DNA of 64,000 bases, from positions 64,001 through 128,000 of IMG/VR virus record IMGVR_UViG_3300028920_000038. The stretch is one strand, 5' to 3'. The notes beneath the pieces were generated by a model. It saw only the letters and a list, made by a program, of their open reading frames with translations, did no database searches and had not been told where the DNA came from. This document shows, in pieces, positions 18,674 to 27,458 of this stretch (position 1 is the stretch's first letter; each line of letters starts with the position of its first letter). The stretch is from a virus. The position numbers were made by a program, and so were the translations under genes.

Positions 18674-19503
18674 TAATTGGTATAATAGGATTCGGAATGG
18701 TTGGTAGAGCAATACATCATGGTTTTGCTCAAATATGTGATTTTAAAATTTATGATAAAGATAAGAAATTATCAGAAAATACATTAAAAGAAACTTTAGT
18801 AAATAGTGATTTTATATTTATATGTGTGCCTACTCCAATGAAAAAAGAAAATGGAGAAATAGATTTAAAATCTTTAGATAGTACATTGTCTTACGCTAAT
18901 AAATATATACCAAGAGAAGATAAAATATTGATTATTAAATCAACAATAGTTCCAGGTACTACAGATAGTTATATAAAAAAATATCCAAATCTAAATATTA
19001 TATTTAATCCAGAATTTCTAACAGCTCGTACATCTAAATTGGATTTTATTAATTCGTCTAGAGTCATATTGGGAGGGGATCCTAAATTAACCAGTAGAGT
19101 AGCAGATTTATATGGAAAAAGATTTACACATACTCCTATTTATCTAACAGACGCAAGAACAGCTGAATTAGTTAAATATACAGCTAATTGTTTCTTTGCG
19201 ACTAAGGTTTCGTTTTTTAACGAAATTTTTGATATATGCCGAAAGTTAGATATAAGATATGAAGATGTAAGAGATATGACATTAGCGGATGGGAGAATAG
19301 GCAATTCTCATACAGATGTTCCAGGTCATGACGGTTTAAGGGGATTTGGTGGATTATGCTTTCCAAAGGACCTTAATTCTATGATATACAAAGCTGAAGA
19401 ATTAGGTGTAGATCCTAAAGTTATGAAAGCTGTATGGGAAAAAAACATTGAAGTAAGAGAAAAGAAAGATTGGGAGAAAATCGAAGGTGCGGTCTCAGAT
19501 TAA
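18670..19503 (+). CDS. ugd: UDP-glucose/GDP-mannose dehydrogenase family, lacking the C-terminal UDP-binding domain
   Basis: [44 protein letters not shown]; 277 aa. Confidence 0.85.
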   Translation: MIIGIIGFGMVGRAIHHGFAQICDFKIYDKDKKLSENTLKETLVNSDFIFICVPTPMKKENGEIDLKSLDSTLSYANKYIPREDKILIIKSTIVPGTTDSYIKKYPNLNIIFNPEFLTARTSKLDFINSSRVILGGDPKLTSRVADLYGKRFTHTPIYLTDARTAELVKYTANCFFATKVSFFNEIFDICRKLDIRYEDVRDMTLADGRIGNSHTDVPGHDGLRGFGGLCFPKDLNSMIYKAEELGVDPKVMKAVWEKNIEVREKKDWEKIEGAVSD

Positions 19504-20194
19504 AAAAGCTGTAATTCCTGCAGCTGGTTTAGGTACTAGATTCTATCCTATAACCAAATGTATACCAAAAGAAATGTTACCTATAAAAAATAAGCCTATA
19601 ATTCATTATGTCATTGATGAAGCAATTCAATCTGGAATTACTGATATAGCAATTATAACAAGAAAAGGCAAAACAGTAATAGAAGATTATATAGATGAAA
19701 TGAATTTTGAGGCTAATTTCTATTACTTAAGACAGAAATACCCAATGGGATTAGGTCATGCAGTACTAACAGCAGAAGGATTTATAGGAGAAGAAGACTT
19801 TGCTGTACTTTTAGGAGATGATCTATTAGATAATAATAGGGATCTACAAAATATGATGAAATTAAATCACTGCATAGCAGTGGAATCTGTAGTAGATCCG
19901 AGTAAATATGGAGTAGTATCTATTAAAGATAATAAAATAATAGATATAATTGAAAAACCAAAAAAGAATGCTCCGAGTAATTACGGAGTAGTGGGTAGAT
20001 ACATTCTACCTTATAAAATATTTAAATATATTAAAAAACAAAAGACAGATGAAAATGATGAGATTCAACTAACATACGCAATTCGGGATATGATAAGAGA
20101 AGGATATTCTTTTAGTCCTTATTATCTAACCGGAAAGCGTTATGACTGTGGAACTCCAGATTCGTATAAGGGCTGTTTTTTGGACTATTTTTAA
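19487..20194 (+). CDS. galU: UTP-glucose-1-phosphate uridylyltransferase
   Basis: [47 protein letters not shown]. Confidence 0.9.
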   Translation: MRSQIKKAVIPAAGLGTRFYPITKCIPKEMLPIKNKPIIHYVIDEAIQSGITDIAIITRKGKTVIEDYIDEMNFEANFYYLRQKYPMGLGHAVLTAEGFIGEEDFAVLLGDDLLDNNRDLQNMMKLNHCIAVESVVDPSKYGVVSIKDNKIIDIIEKPKKNAPSNYGVVGRYILPYKIFKYIKKQKTDENDEIQLTYAIRDMIREGYSFSPYYLTGKRYDCGTPDSYKGCFLDYF

Positions 20195-20309
20195 GTACCC
20201 TTACCTATACCATTCGTTTTAAAAAAAGGTGTTATAGTAACTAATTTTGAGTCAATTTTTAGGAACTATTCCTAATTTTTGAGCTTTTTTTTAAATAGGG
20301 TCACCTTAA
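20195..20309. terminator. Convergent intergenic region; probable terminator(s)
   Basis: Gap between oppositely transcribed blocks. Hairpin TTAGGAA-cta-TTCCTAA (20259-20275) followed by T runs on +; A7 run at about 20221 gives a T run on -. Confidence 0.5.
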
Positions 20310-20795
20310 TTATAACCCTGAAGATCCACTAACAAACCCTTCTATTTTTGTGTGGATCCAATCTATAGTATCTAAAGTAGTTGTAGTTATATTTTTTACA
20401 TATAGGAGAGTGTTTTTTCTCATATTTTTTAGATTAGACCCATTCATAGCAGATGAGCTTGGTGTAGGATATAATCTTAAAGTATTCTCTCCAGTCCATG
20501 TCTGATCATAATAAGTAGGTCTACCAAGAATCTTATATAACTCTCCAGTTGCTCCAGGGGTTACATTAGACATTAGGGTATTTAATTGTGTTTCATCTAA
20601 CCAAGTTGAGACTGTTACAGAGTAATTCTCAACATCCCAGCGAGAACACTTACAATCTATAAAATCGTCTCCATCTAAGGAATTATAAAAAATAGCTAAA
20701 TCATTTTCAAATTTAAATAACGTAGGGATATCTCTAAAAGTGATACCTTCATCATCATCGAAATGATAAGTAAAAGAATAGTGACTTGTTGGCAT
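20310..20795 (-). CDS. Virion protein made almost entirely of a Dit/baseplate-like domain shared with 26574..27458 and 27458..28684
   Basis: IDCKCSRWD.ENYSV...TPGATGELYKILGRPTYYDQTWTGENTLR...KIEGFVSGSS is nearly identical to the C-terminus of 26574..27458. Confidence 0.55.
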   Translation of the reverse strand: MPTSHYSFTYHFDDDEGITFRDIPTLFKFENDLAIFYNSLDGDDFIDCKCSRWDVENYSVTVSTWLDETQLNTLMSNVTPGATGELYKILGRPTYYDQTWTGENTLRLYPTPSSSAMNGSNLKNMRKNTLLYVKNITTTTLDTIDWIHTKIEGFVSGSSGL

Positions 20796-20842
20796 ATTAA
20801 TCTAAATGTGGATATATTATGATATTACGATAATACCATAAT

Positions 20843-21061
20843 CTAAGTTATTACATCCTCATCTATTTCAGGACTTAATGATTCTTGTGCTATTCTTATT
20901 TTACCACTTTTATATATTCTCTTAATTGTAAAAACTATTTTATCTTTAATCCACTGATTATCAGTTCCTTCCCAATCGTCTGGTATTGGATATATTTTAA
21001 GGAATCCAGCTTTGAATTCTTCCAATTTTTCATCAGGAACTGTTAATGTTAATTCTACCAT
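20843..21061 (-). CDS. Hypothetical protein (72 aa), possible fibre chaperone
   Basis: ORF with GAGG RBS; function guessed from position only. Confidence 0.5.
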   Translation of the reverse strand: MVELTLTVPDEKLEEFKAGFLKIYPIPDDWEGTDNQWIKDKIVFTIKRIYKSGKIRIAQESLSPEIDEDVIT

Positions 21062-21099
21062 TTTAACCTCTTCTTTCTTTAATTTATAAACATATTAAA

Positions 21100-21777
21100 T
21101 TAAATATTATATGAACCTGAAACCCAAGCCCATGAAGTAGGGTTTCCACTTGGATAAAAATAATTCGAAGATGAACTAATAACTCCCCATTTCCAATTAG
21201 TCGGTTCATCTGAAGTTGCTCTAATTCCACTATCAACATTGAATTGACCTGAATTCCACACCCAAGATGTAGGAGAGCCAACAAGAGTTATGAATTTACT
21301 ATAATAACTGCCTTCCTCTTCACAAGTATAATATACGTACATTTTAACATAATCTACATACATACCTCCTTCATTGATATCTGTATTAGCAACAGCTTTT
21401 AATGCTATTCCAGATGGAAAATCAGATAGATCCTCACCCCAATCATCATCTTGTGCTCCAGCTGTCTCTATACTATGATCTGGATATTCAGTAAATTCTC
21501 CTGTTTCTTTACCGTCTGAAAAAGTCTGACCACTATCTATTGATATATACATTATTAAAGATGGAGAACTTCCTTCTACAGTTCCTTTAGCTTTAGCTTC
21601 TGCTACTATGCCATCTACTTGATAAATTTCACAATCAAGATTAAAATCATGTCCTCCTACTGTAACGTATTCTCCATCGGAAAGAATTGTTGAACAACCT
21701 CCATCCTCCAAAACGCAACCAGAATAATTTACATCAGAATCTATTACATTACTAAAAAAAGTGCTATCAGATGACAT
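21100..21777 (-). CDS. Putative virion fibre/decoration protein with a Trp-rich C-terminal module shared with 48744..51281
   Basis: C-terminal SPTSWVWNSGQFNVDSGIRATSDEPTNWKWGVISSSSNYFYPSG. Confidence 0.55.
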   Translation of the reverse strand: MSSDSTFFSNVIDSDVNYSGCVLEDGGCSTILSDGEYVTVGGHDFNLDCEIYQVDGIVAEAKAKGTVEGSSPSLIMYISIDSGQTFSDGKETGEFTEYPDHSIETAGAQDDDWGEDLSDFPSGIALKAVANTDINEGGMYVDYVKMYVYYTCEEEGSYYSKFITLVGSPTSWVWNSGQFNVDSGIRATSDEPTNWKWGVISSSSNYFYPSGNPTSWAWVSGSYNI

Positions 21778-21781
21778 AGTA

Positions 21782-22315
21782 TCAAATTAGATTAATTAAA
21801 TCGTTACTTAAATTTTGTCCATAGTAAATTTCATTGTTTACTACAGAACTCGATGCATTTGCATAATTGTAAAGCCAATGGAATTCATAAGTTTCTAGCA
21901 TATTATAAGATAGATATCCTTGTATTCTATCTACTTCTTCATTATATTTTAATGTACTAAAGCTATACTCTAACAGAGAATGAGCTTCGCTGATACCGCT
22001 AGAATTACCAAAATCATATAATATTAATTCACAAATAGCCAAATCATCTTTAATATCCCACTGAAAATAAGATGTCATATTAGAACCACTAAATGCACCA
22101 TAACCAACTTTATTAGCTGATGGATGGTTACATAAACTAACGTTAGATATATCACTAGAATAAATACGTTTTCCCTTCCACAAATCTACTAATTCATTAT
22201 CATCAAGATGTCTATTAGTATGGTTGGAATTACTACTTTGCCATGATCTATAATATTCATACAAATAATACACATCAACGATATCATCTTCAATTATTTC
22301 TCTATATGTAATCAT
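21782..22315 (-). CDS. Hypothetical protein, possibly GNAT fold
   Basis: ITYREIIEDDIVDV start and VGYGAF...SYFQW beta-strand pattern are GNAT-like; acetyl-CoA loop not clearly seen. Confidence 0.35.
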   Translation of the reverse strand: MITYREIIEDDIVDVYYLYEYYRSWQSSNSNHTNRHLDDNELVDLWKGKRIYSSDISNVSLCNHPSANKVGYGAFSGSNMTSYFQWDIKDDLAICELILYDFGNSSGISEAHSLLEYSFSTLKYNEEVDRIQGYLSYNMLETYEFHWLYNYANASSSVVNNEIYYGQNLSNDLINLI

Positions 22316-22327
22316 AATTAATCGTTA

Positions 22328-25300
22328 TTAAGTAGACAGACCTAGCTGTATCCATTCCCAGCTATTCGCATCATTCTTAACTGACATAAATATCCATGTC
22401 TTCTCATCAGTGCCACCAGATACTCTAATTATCTCACCCTTATGATTTGTAGCAGTAGGTTTAGATGAATATAGATTAGTTAATACCTGCATACCTGATA
22501 TTTGACTACTAGTTGCCATAGAATTAATAATAGATCCACTTATCTTCGTATTACCGGATAAATAGATATTTCCGTATCCACCAGTATTTATAGAAACTGA
22601 CCCACTACCAATAATATTAATATATGGATATGAATCTAATGTATCTCCATATAACCATAATTCACTTCCAGTAGATGAATCGCCCATAATAACAGATTGA
22701 TTTGCACCAGCATTATATTGAAATTTAAAAGATTGAGTATCTTCTTCATAAAATTTTATATCATTTTTTGTCCGTAATTCTATTTCCTCGTCTCCTTTTA
22801 GACGTATGTGTGGGAAATCAGTAGCAGTATTCGCATATATTCTCAAATCGTTTCCTGCTTCATCAGGTCCATATAATTTAGCAATTGTAGAAGTACCTGA
22901 GAATGTAAATTGAGTATCAGTCTTATTTCTTATTCTAAAGAATCCACCATCATTTGGCCCATAAGATGCAACAATAGAACCAGAACCATTCAAAGTTATA
23001 TATGGATAATCATCATCTGAGTTTGCTTTTATTTCTAAATCATCACTAGTATCAGCCCCTCCTTGGATAAAACTATCTGCGCCATTAAGATAAAATTTAG
23101 CAATCTGTGCTGCTTCATTAAAAATCTTAAAACTTGTAGCGTCTTGAATTTTTAAATAAGATGCATCTCCAATATTCATTTCGATACGTGGATAATTTGC
23201 ACCATCTCTTGCATAAATCCACAAATCAGCACTAGCATTTGTATTACCATAGAACTTTGAAATAGGATCATCTATAGTAAACTTGAACATTTGAGTAGAA
23301 CCGCTCTTGAAATAAATGTTTTCAGTTGTACCTATAACTGTATCTCCATCTGCTTGTATAGCAATTCCACTAACTCCACCAGCTACTAGATTTGCTTGGT
23401 CTGATTTTAATGCTAGGTAGGTATCTGAATCCCCTACGTGTTCTACTTTCTCAGTAGTTTTTAGATAACTACCTCGAATATTAACTCCGGATATATATGA
23501 GGCATTATGAATTCCTTTGCTATTCCAATCCTTATGGTCATCTATACTTAAAGCAGATAATGTAGATACACCACCACCTGAACCACCAGATGGCATAGCT
23601 ACCCAAGCTGAGCCATTCCACATAATACCGGAATTAGTAAATTCATCAGAATCCCATCCATCGATTTCAGTATCTTCACGGATATGATCTAAACTTCCAC
23701 CACCACCTGAACCAGCTCCACTTGCAGTTAAGGATATCCAATCACCAGAATTAGCACTACAGAGATATATATCGCAATTTGTAGTGGAACCTGACATCCA
23801 TAGATTACCTGCAATTTTTGAAGGTTCAGATCCACCAGGTTTAATATATACCATATTACTGGACATTCTAAATAATGTATCGTGATTATCATATATTCTA
23901 AATTGTTGACTACTTGGTATTGTAAGAACTGCATTACCAGAACCTAATAATTCCAATTGACATTTTCCTTTAGGTCCGTTATCCACACCATAATTAGGTT
24001 TTATTCTCATTCCACTGGCTGATTTATTGGTACCATATATATATGAATATGTTCCTACACGGTCAAATAGAAACATTACATTAGATCCATCACTCATGTA
24101 GATATCAGGATTACCAGCTACACCTTGAAGATTAATATAACTATTGCCTACCATATGTATTCTAGGCCAAGTATCAGTAGAATTTGCATTAATACGTAAT
24201 TTCTCACCAGTACCAGCACCACCTTCTAATATAGAACCAATACTAGAACCTGAGTAAAATTTGAATGCTTGGACTCCATTTTCATCTATACGGAAATCAT
24301 TGCCAGTACCATAGTTAATCTCTACAGAACCACCACCAAACATTCTTAACCAAGGTATCATATCTGTACTATTTGCATGAATATAAAGGTCTCCAGTAGA
24401 ATTACTTCTACCCTCTATTACAGAATTATCACTACCAGAAAGATAAAACTTAGCTATTTGAGTATCTTTACTCTTAATATAAACATTTCCAGATGCATTA
24501 ATATCGATATGAGAACTATCGTAAAGAGTTATTAGAGGCCAAAGTTTATCATCAGTTCCTTGTATGTTGAGATTACCAGCAGAGCCACCTTCTATGTAAT
24601 TATTACCACCTTGTTTATTAAATTTGAACATCTGCGTTGTATTATTAAGAAACTGTATGACACTTCCATCAGCACAACCCATCTCTACATTTCCACTACC
24701 GTATAAAAATAAACCTGCTCTTTTATCAGTATCATTTGCATAGATGTACAAGTCTCCTCCAGTAGGGTCTGGTCCTCGAATATATGAGTTACCAGCAGTA
24801 TAATTAAATCGAAACATCTGCGTGCCTTGTTCCTTGAAGTAAATATCAGCGTAGGAATCTATATTTATATTACTACTTCCAACCATATCAATATATGGAT
24901 ATGAATAATCTTCATGTGCTTTCCAATTAAATCGAGCTCCATTTGTTGCAGCTCCATCTAGATGAACATCACTATAATTATTATCTGTATAAACTCTAGC
25001 AGAATTATGACCTTGATTTCCAAATACTACTTTAGAATTACCAGATGCGGAAATATAAATATTTCCAGGTACTGTTGCATCACCATCTCCTATCATCCAA
25101 ATCATTGGATAGGAATCAACTGAATTTGCCTGTATGATTAAATCATTCTCGTTTGTAGAACCTCCATAAAGATAAGATTGATTAGTACCATAAACAAACT
25201 TAAATGACTGTGTGCCTTTGTCAGTGAAATAGATGTCATTATTAGAACCTAATATCAAATCACTATCAGAAGATATATAAGGGATATTAGTGATACCATG

Positions 25301-26554
25301 TCCATCCCAATCTTTATCTATATCTATAGATAAATCGCTTAAATTGGAAGCTCCACCTTCTGCTGCTTCTGTTAGAGATTTCCATTCACCTCCTGTACCT
25401 GATTTGTAGTATAAATCAGATGAGGATAAGCTTCCAGAGAACCAGATAACACCACCAACATTCGGTGGTTGATTACTAGATGGCATTATTCTAAAATATG
25501 AATAGTAAGGGCTAAAATCAAGTTTAGTAGATCCTTCTAACCATACTCTAAAATTGGAGTCCGTATTAGCTGGAATATCAAATCCTGCAATTCCATAACT
25601 AGTACCAGAACCATAAAGTCTTATCATTGGATATGTATTATTTTCACTTGCTATTATTTGTAAATTTCCAGATACATTAGATCCATATATTTTAGAAAGA
25701 GAAAGAGATTTAGCAAATTTAAACATCTGCGTGCCCTGTTCTCTAAAAAAGATGTCCGCTTCAGAATCTAAAATAAGATTAGTATTAGCAGTATCGGTAT
25801 TAATTATAGACTCTCCACCAACTAGCTTAAACTCAAACATTGGACTTGCTTGCTCATAAAAATTAATATTCTGATATGCAGCTAAAGTAATATCCCCCTG
25901 GCCATAAACACCAAGATATCCATTTGCGGCAGCATTAGTATTTGCTTGTATGACAACATCATGATTTGCATCAGTGCCTCCTTTAATATAGCTCTTATCA
26001 CTTCCATCCCATTCAAACTTAAACATCTGCGTATTCTGTTCTTTGAAGAGTATATCCGCATAGCTAGTTACAGTAATATTTTCTTGTCCTTCAATAAAGA
26101 TATTTCCATTTAATTGAGAATTACTATTAGCAGCTAACATTAAATTCATTGTTGCACTAGTACCACCATACATAATTTTATTACTTCCAGCAGATGTGAA
26201 TGTGAATATACGATTATCCTTTAATCTGAAATAAATATCTCCATAGGTATCTAGGTATATATTTCCACTACCTTCCAATATCATTCTACTATAAGGAGAT
26301 AATGAGTTCGCCATAATATGTATATCTTCTCTATAACTATCTGCTCCGTAAAGAATTGATTTAGTTCCTGCATCATATTCAAATTTAAAAAATTGGTTGC
26401 CATCATCTTCAAAGTAAATATCATCAGAAGTATTAAAATGTTTCCAGCGAGCAGACTCACTCGGATTATGACAAATTGCACCTGACATAGTATTCCAATT
26501 GGTATAGGTGATAGTATCACCACTAGCCATCGTATCGAACCAATTTGTAGCCAT
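22328..26554 (-). CDS. Long tail fibre-like protein (1408 aa) with about 16-17 imperfect repeats of roughly 55 aa
   Basis: Repeats of DIYF.EQGTQMFKF...SYI.GG....DL.I.ANS.D.YP.I.L.GSG.I; termini shared with 51593..53806; located in the tail-tip region. Confidence 0.7.
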   Translation of the reverse strand: MATNWFDTMASGDTITYTNWNTMSGAICHNPSESARWKHFNTSDDIYFEDDGNQFFKFEYDAGTKSILYGADSYREDIHIMANSLSPYSRMILEGSGNIYLDTYGDIYFRLKDNRIFTFTSAGSNKIMYGGTSATMNLMLAANSNSQLNGNIFIEGQENITVTSYADILFKEQNTQMFKFEWDGSDKSYIKGGTDANHDVVIQANTNAAANGYLGVYGQGDITLAAYQNINFYEQASPMFEFKLVGGESIINTDTANTNLILDSEADIFFREQGTQMFKFAKSLSLSKIYGSNVSGNLQIIASENNTYPMIRLYGSGTSYGIAGFDIPANTDSNFRVWLEGSTKLDFSPYYSYFRIMPSSNQPPNVGGVIWFSGSLSSSDLYYKSGTGGEWKSLTEAAEGGASNLSDLSIDIDKDWDGHGITNIPYISSDSDLILGSNNDIYFTDKGTQSFKFVYGTNQSYLYGGSTNENDLIIQANSVDSYPMIWMIGDGDATVPGNIYISASGNSKVVFGNQGHNSARVYTDNNYSDVHLDGAATNGARFNWKAHEDYSYPYIDMVGSSNINIDSYADIYFKEQGTQMFRFNYTAGNSYIRGPDPTGGDLYIYANDTDKRAGLFLYGSGNVEMGCADGSVIQFLNNTTQMFKFNKQGGNNYIEGGSAGNLNIQGTDDKLWPLITLYDSSHIDINASGNVYIKSKDTQIAKFYLSGSDNSVIEGRSNSTGDLYIHANSTDMIPWLRMFGGGSVEINYGTGNDFRIDENGVQAFKFYSGSSIGSILEGGAGTGEKLRINANSTDTWPRIHMVGNSYINLQGVAGNPDIYMSDGSNVMFLFDRVGTYSYIYGTNKSASGMRIKPNYGVDNGPKGKCQLELLGSGNAVLTIPSSQQFRIYDNHDTLFRMSSNMVYIKPGGSEPSKIAGNLWMSGSTTNCDIYLCSANSGDWISLTASGAGSGGGGSLDHIREDTEIDGWDSDEFTNSGIMWNGSAWVAMPSGGSGGGVSTLSALSIDDHKDWNSKGIHNASYISGVNIRGSYLKTTEKVEHVGDSDTYLALKSDQANLVAGGVSGIAIQADGDTVIGTTENIYFKSGSTQMFKFTIDDPISKFYGNTNASADLWIYARDGANYPRIEMNIGDASYLKIQDATSFKIFNEAAQIAKFYLNGADSFIQGGADTSDDLEIKANSDDDYPYITLNGSGSIVASYGPNDGGFFRIRNKTDTQFTFSGTSTIAKLYGPDEAGNDLRIYANTATDFPHIRLKGDEEIELRTKNDIKFYEEDTQSFKFQYNAGANQSVIMGDSSTGSELWLYGDTLDSYPYINIIGSGSVSINTGGYGNIYLSGNTKISGSIINSMATSSQISGMQVLTNLYSSKPTATNHKGEIIRVSGGTDEKTWIFMSVKNDANSWEWIQLGLST

Positions 26555-26573
26555 ATTTATCTATTTCCTATAA

Positions 26574-27458
26574 TTATAAATTAGAAGATCCCGAGACGAA
26601 TCCCTCTATTTTTACATTCAAAAAACCTGAAGGACCCTCGAAAGGAGAGTCGGTAATACTTTTAACATATATTAAACATTCTTTACGCATATTTTTAAGA
26701 TTTGAACCGTGTTCTGAATTTGGAACTATTCTTAGAGTGTTTTCTCCACTCCAAGTTTGATCGTAATAGGTAGGTCTTCCTAATATTTTAAAGAGTTCAC
26801 CAGCAGCTCCTGGTGTTATATTATTTTTTAAAGTTTGTAAATCGGATTTATTCATGAAGGTTTCTAATACAATAGAATAATTTTCTTGAGTCCATCGAGT
26901 GCAGAAACAGTCAATAAAATTACCCAAGGATAAACTAGAATAATATATTGCAATATCTTTTGAATGAAGAAAGTAGTTATATTGAGCATAGAAGAAATGT
27001 CCATAGTTATAAATATCATAATTAGTTTGACTATCCAAAGTTGGGTATTTGGAAGCAAAATCTCCACTATCGTTATCAGAGTAATCTTTACTATTATCGT
27101 ACCAGACCTTACCACCACCAGTAGTCCAGTAAATAAATTTACCGTTTTCATCACTCCAAATGGCTATAATATATGTTGTACCAGCAGTAATAGATGATGG
27201 CCCAAAGTTGGCAGTATTCCATGTATCATCAGTACCAGCTCCATCAATTTCACTTGTCTGAGCTACAATTTCTCTTGTACTAGACACATATACTGCTCCC
27301 CTAACTTTTTCTCCTGGATCCCAATCTGAATCTCCTCTAACGTACATTTTATCTAATGTACCTGTATATTTAGCAGTATCATAATGATATATTATAGTAT
27401 CTGTATAATTAAAAGAATCACCAGAACTACCAGATCGTCCAATTAAGTCAGTTGACAT
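26574..27458 (-). CDS. Tail-tip protein: N-terminal beta-sandwich plus C-terminal Dit-like domain
   Basis: C-terminal domain shared with 20310..20795; N-terminal domain aligns with 27458..28684 (AVY.SS.RE..AQT...FGPSSI.A..TYI.AIW.D). Confidence 0.55.
   Translation of the reverse strand: MSTDLIGRSGSSGDSFNYTDTIIYHYDTAKYTGTLDKMYVRGDSDWDPGEKVRGAVYVSSTREIVAQTSEIDGAGTDDTWNTANFGPSSITAGTTYIIAIWSDENGKFIYWTTGGGKVWYDNSKDYSDNDSGDFASKYPTLDSQTNYDIYNYGHFFYAQYNYFLHSKDIAIYYSSLSLGNFIDCFCTRWTQENYSIVLETFMNKSDLQTLKNNITPGAAGELFKILGRPTYYDQTWSGENTLRIVPNSEHGSNLKNMRKECLIYVKSITDSPFEGPSGFLNVKIEGFVSGSSNL

Noticed and set aside
299-18732. Short minus-strand ORFs inside the + block (299..505, 2090..2314, 2796..3068, 6228..6464, 18550..18732)
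   Set aside because: Overlap well-supported genes on the opposite strand and have no motifs or RBS.
15210-19503. Phosphonate used for viral DNA hypermodification
   Set aside because: No thymidylate-synthase-like, nucleotide kinase or base-modifying genes nearby; the context is entirely sugar-nucleotide and GT genes. Cannot be excluded for the unseen part of the genome.
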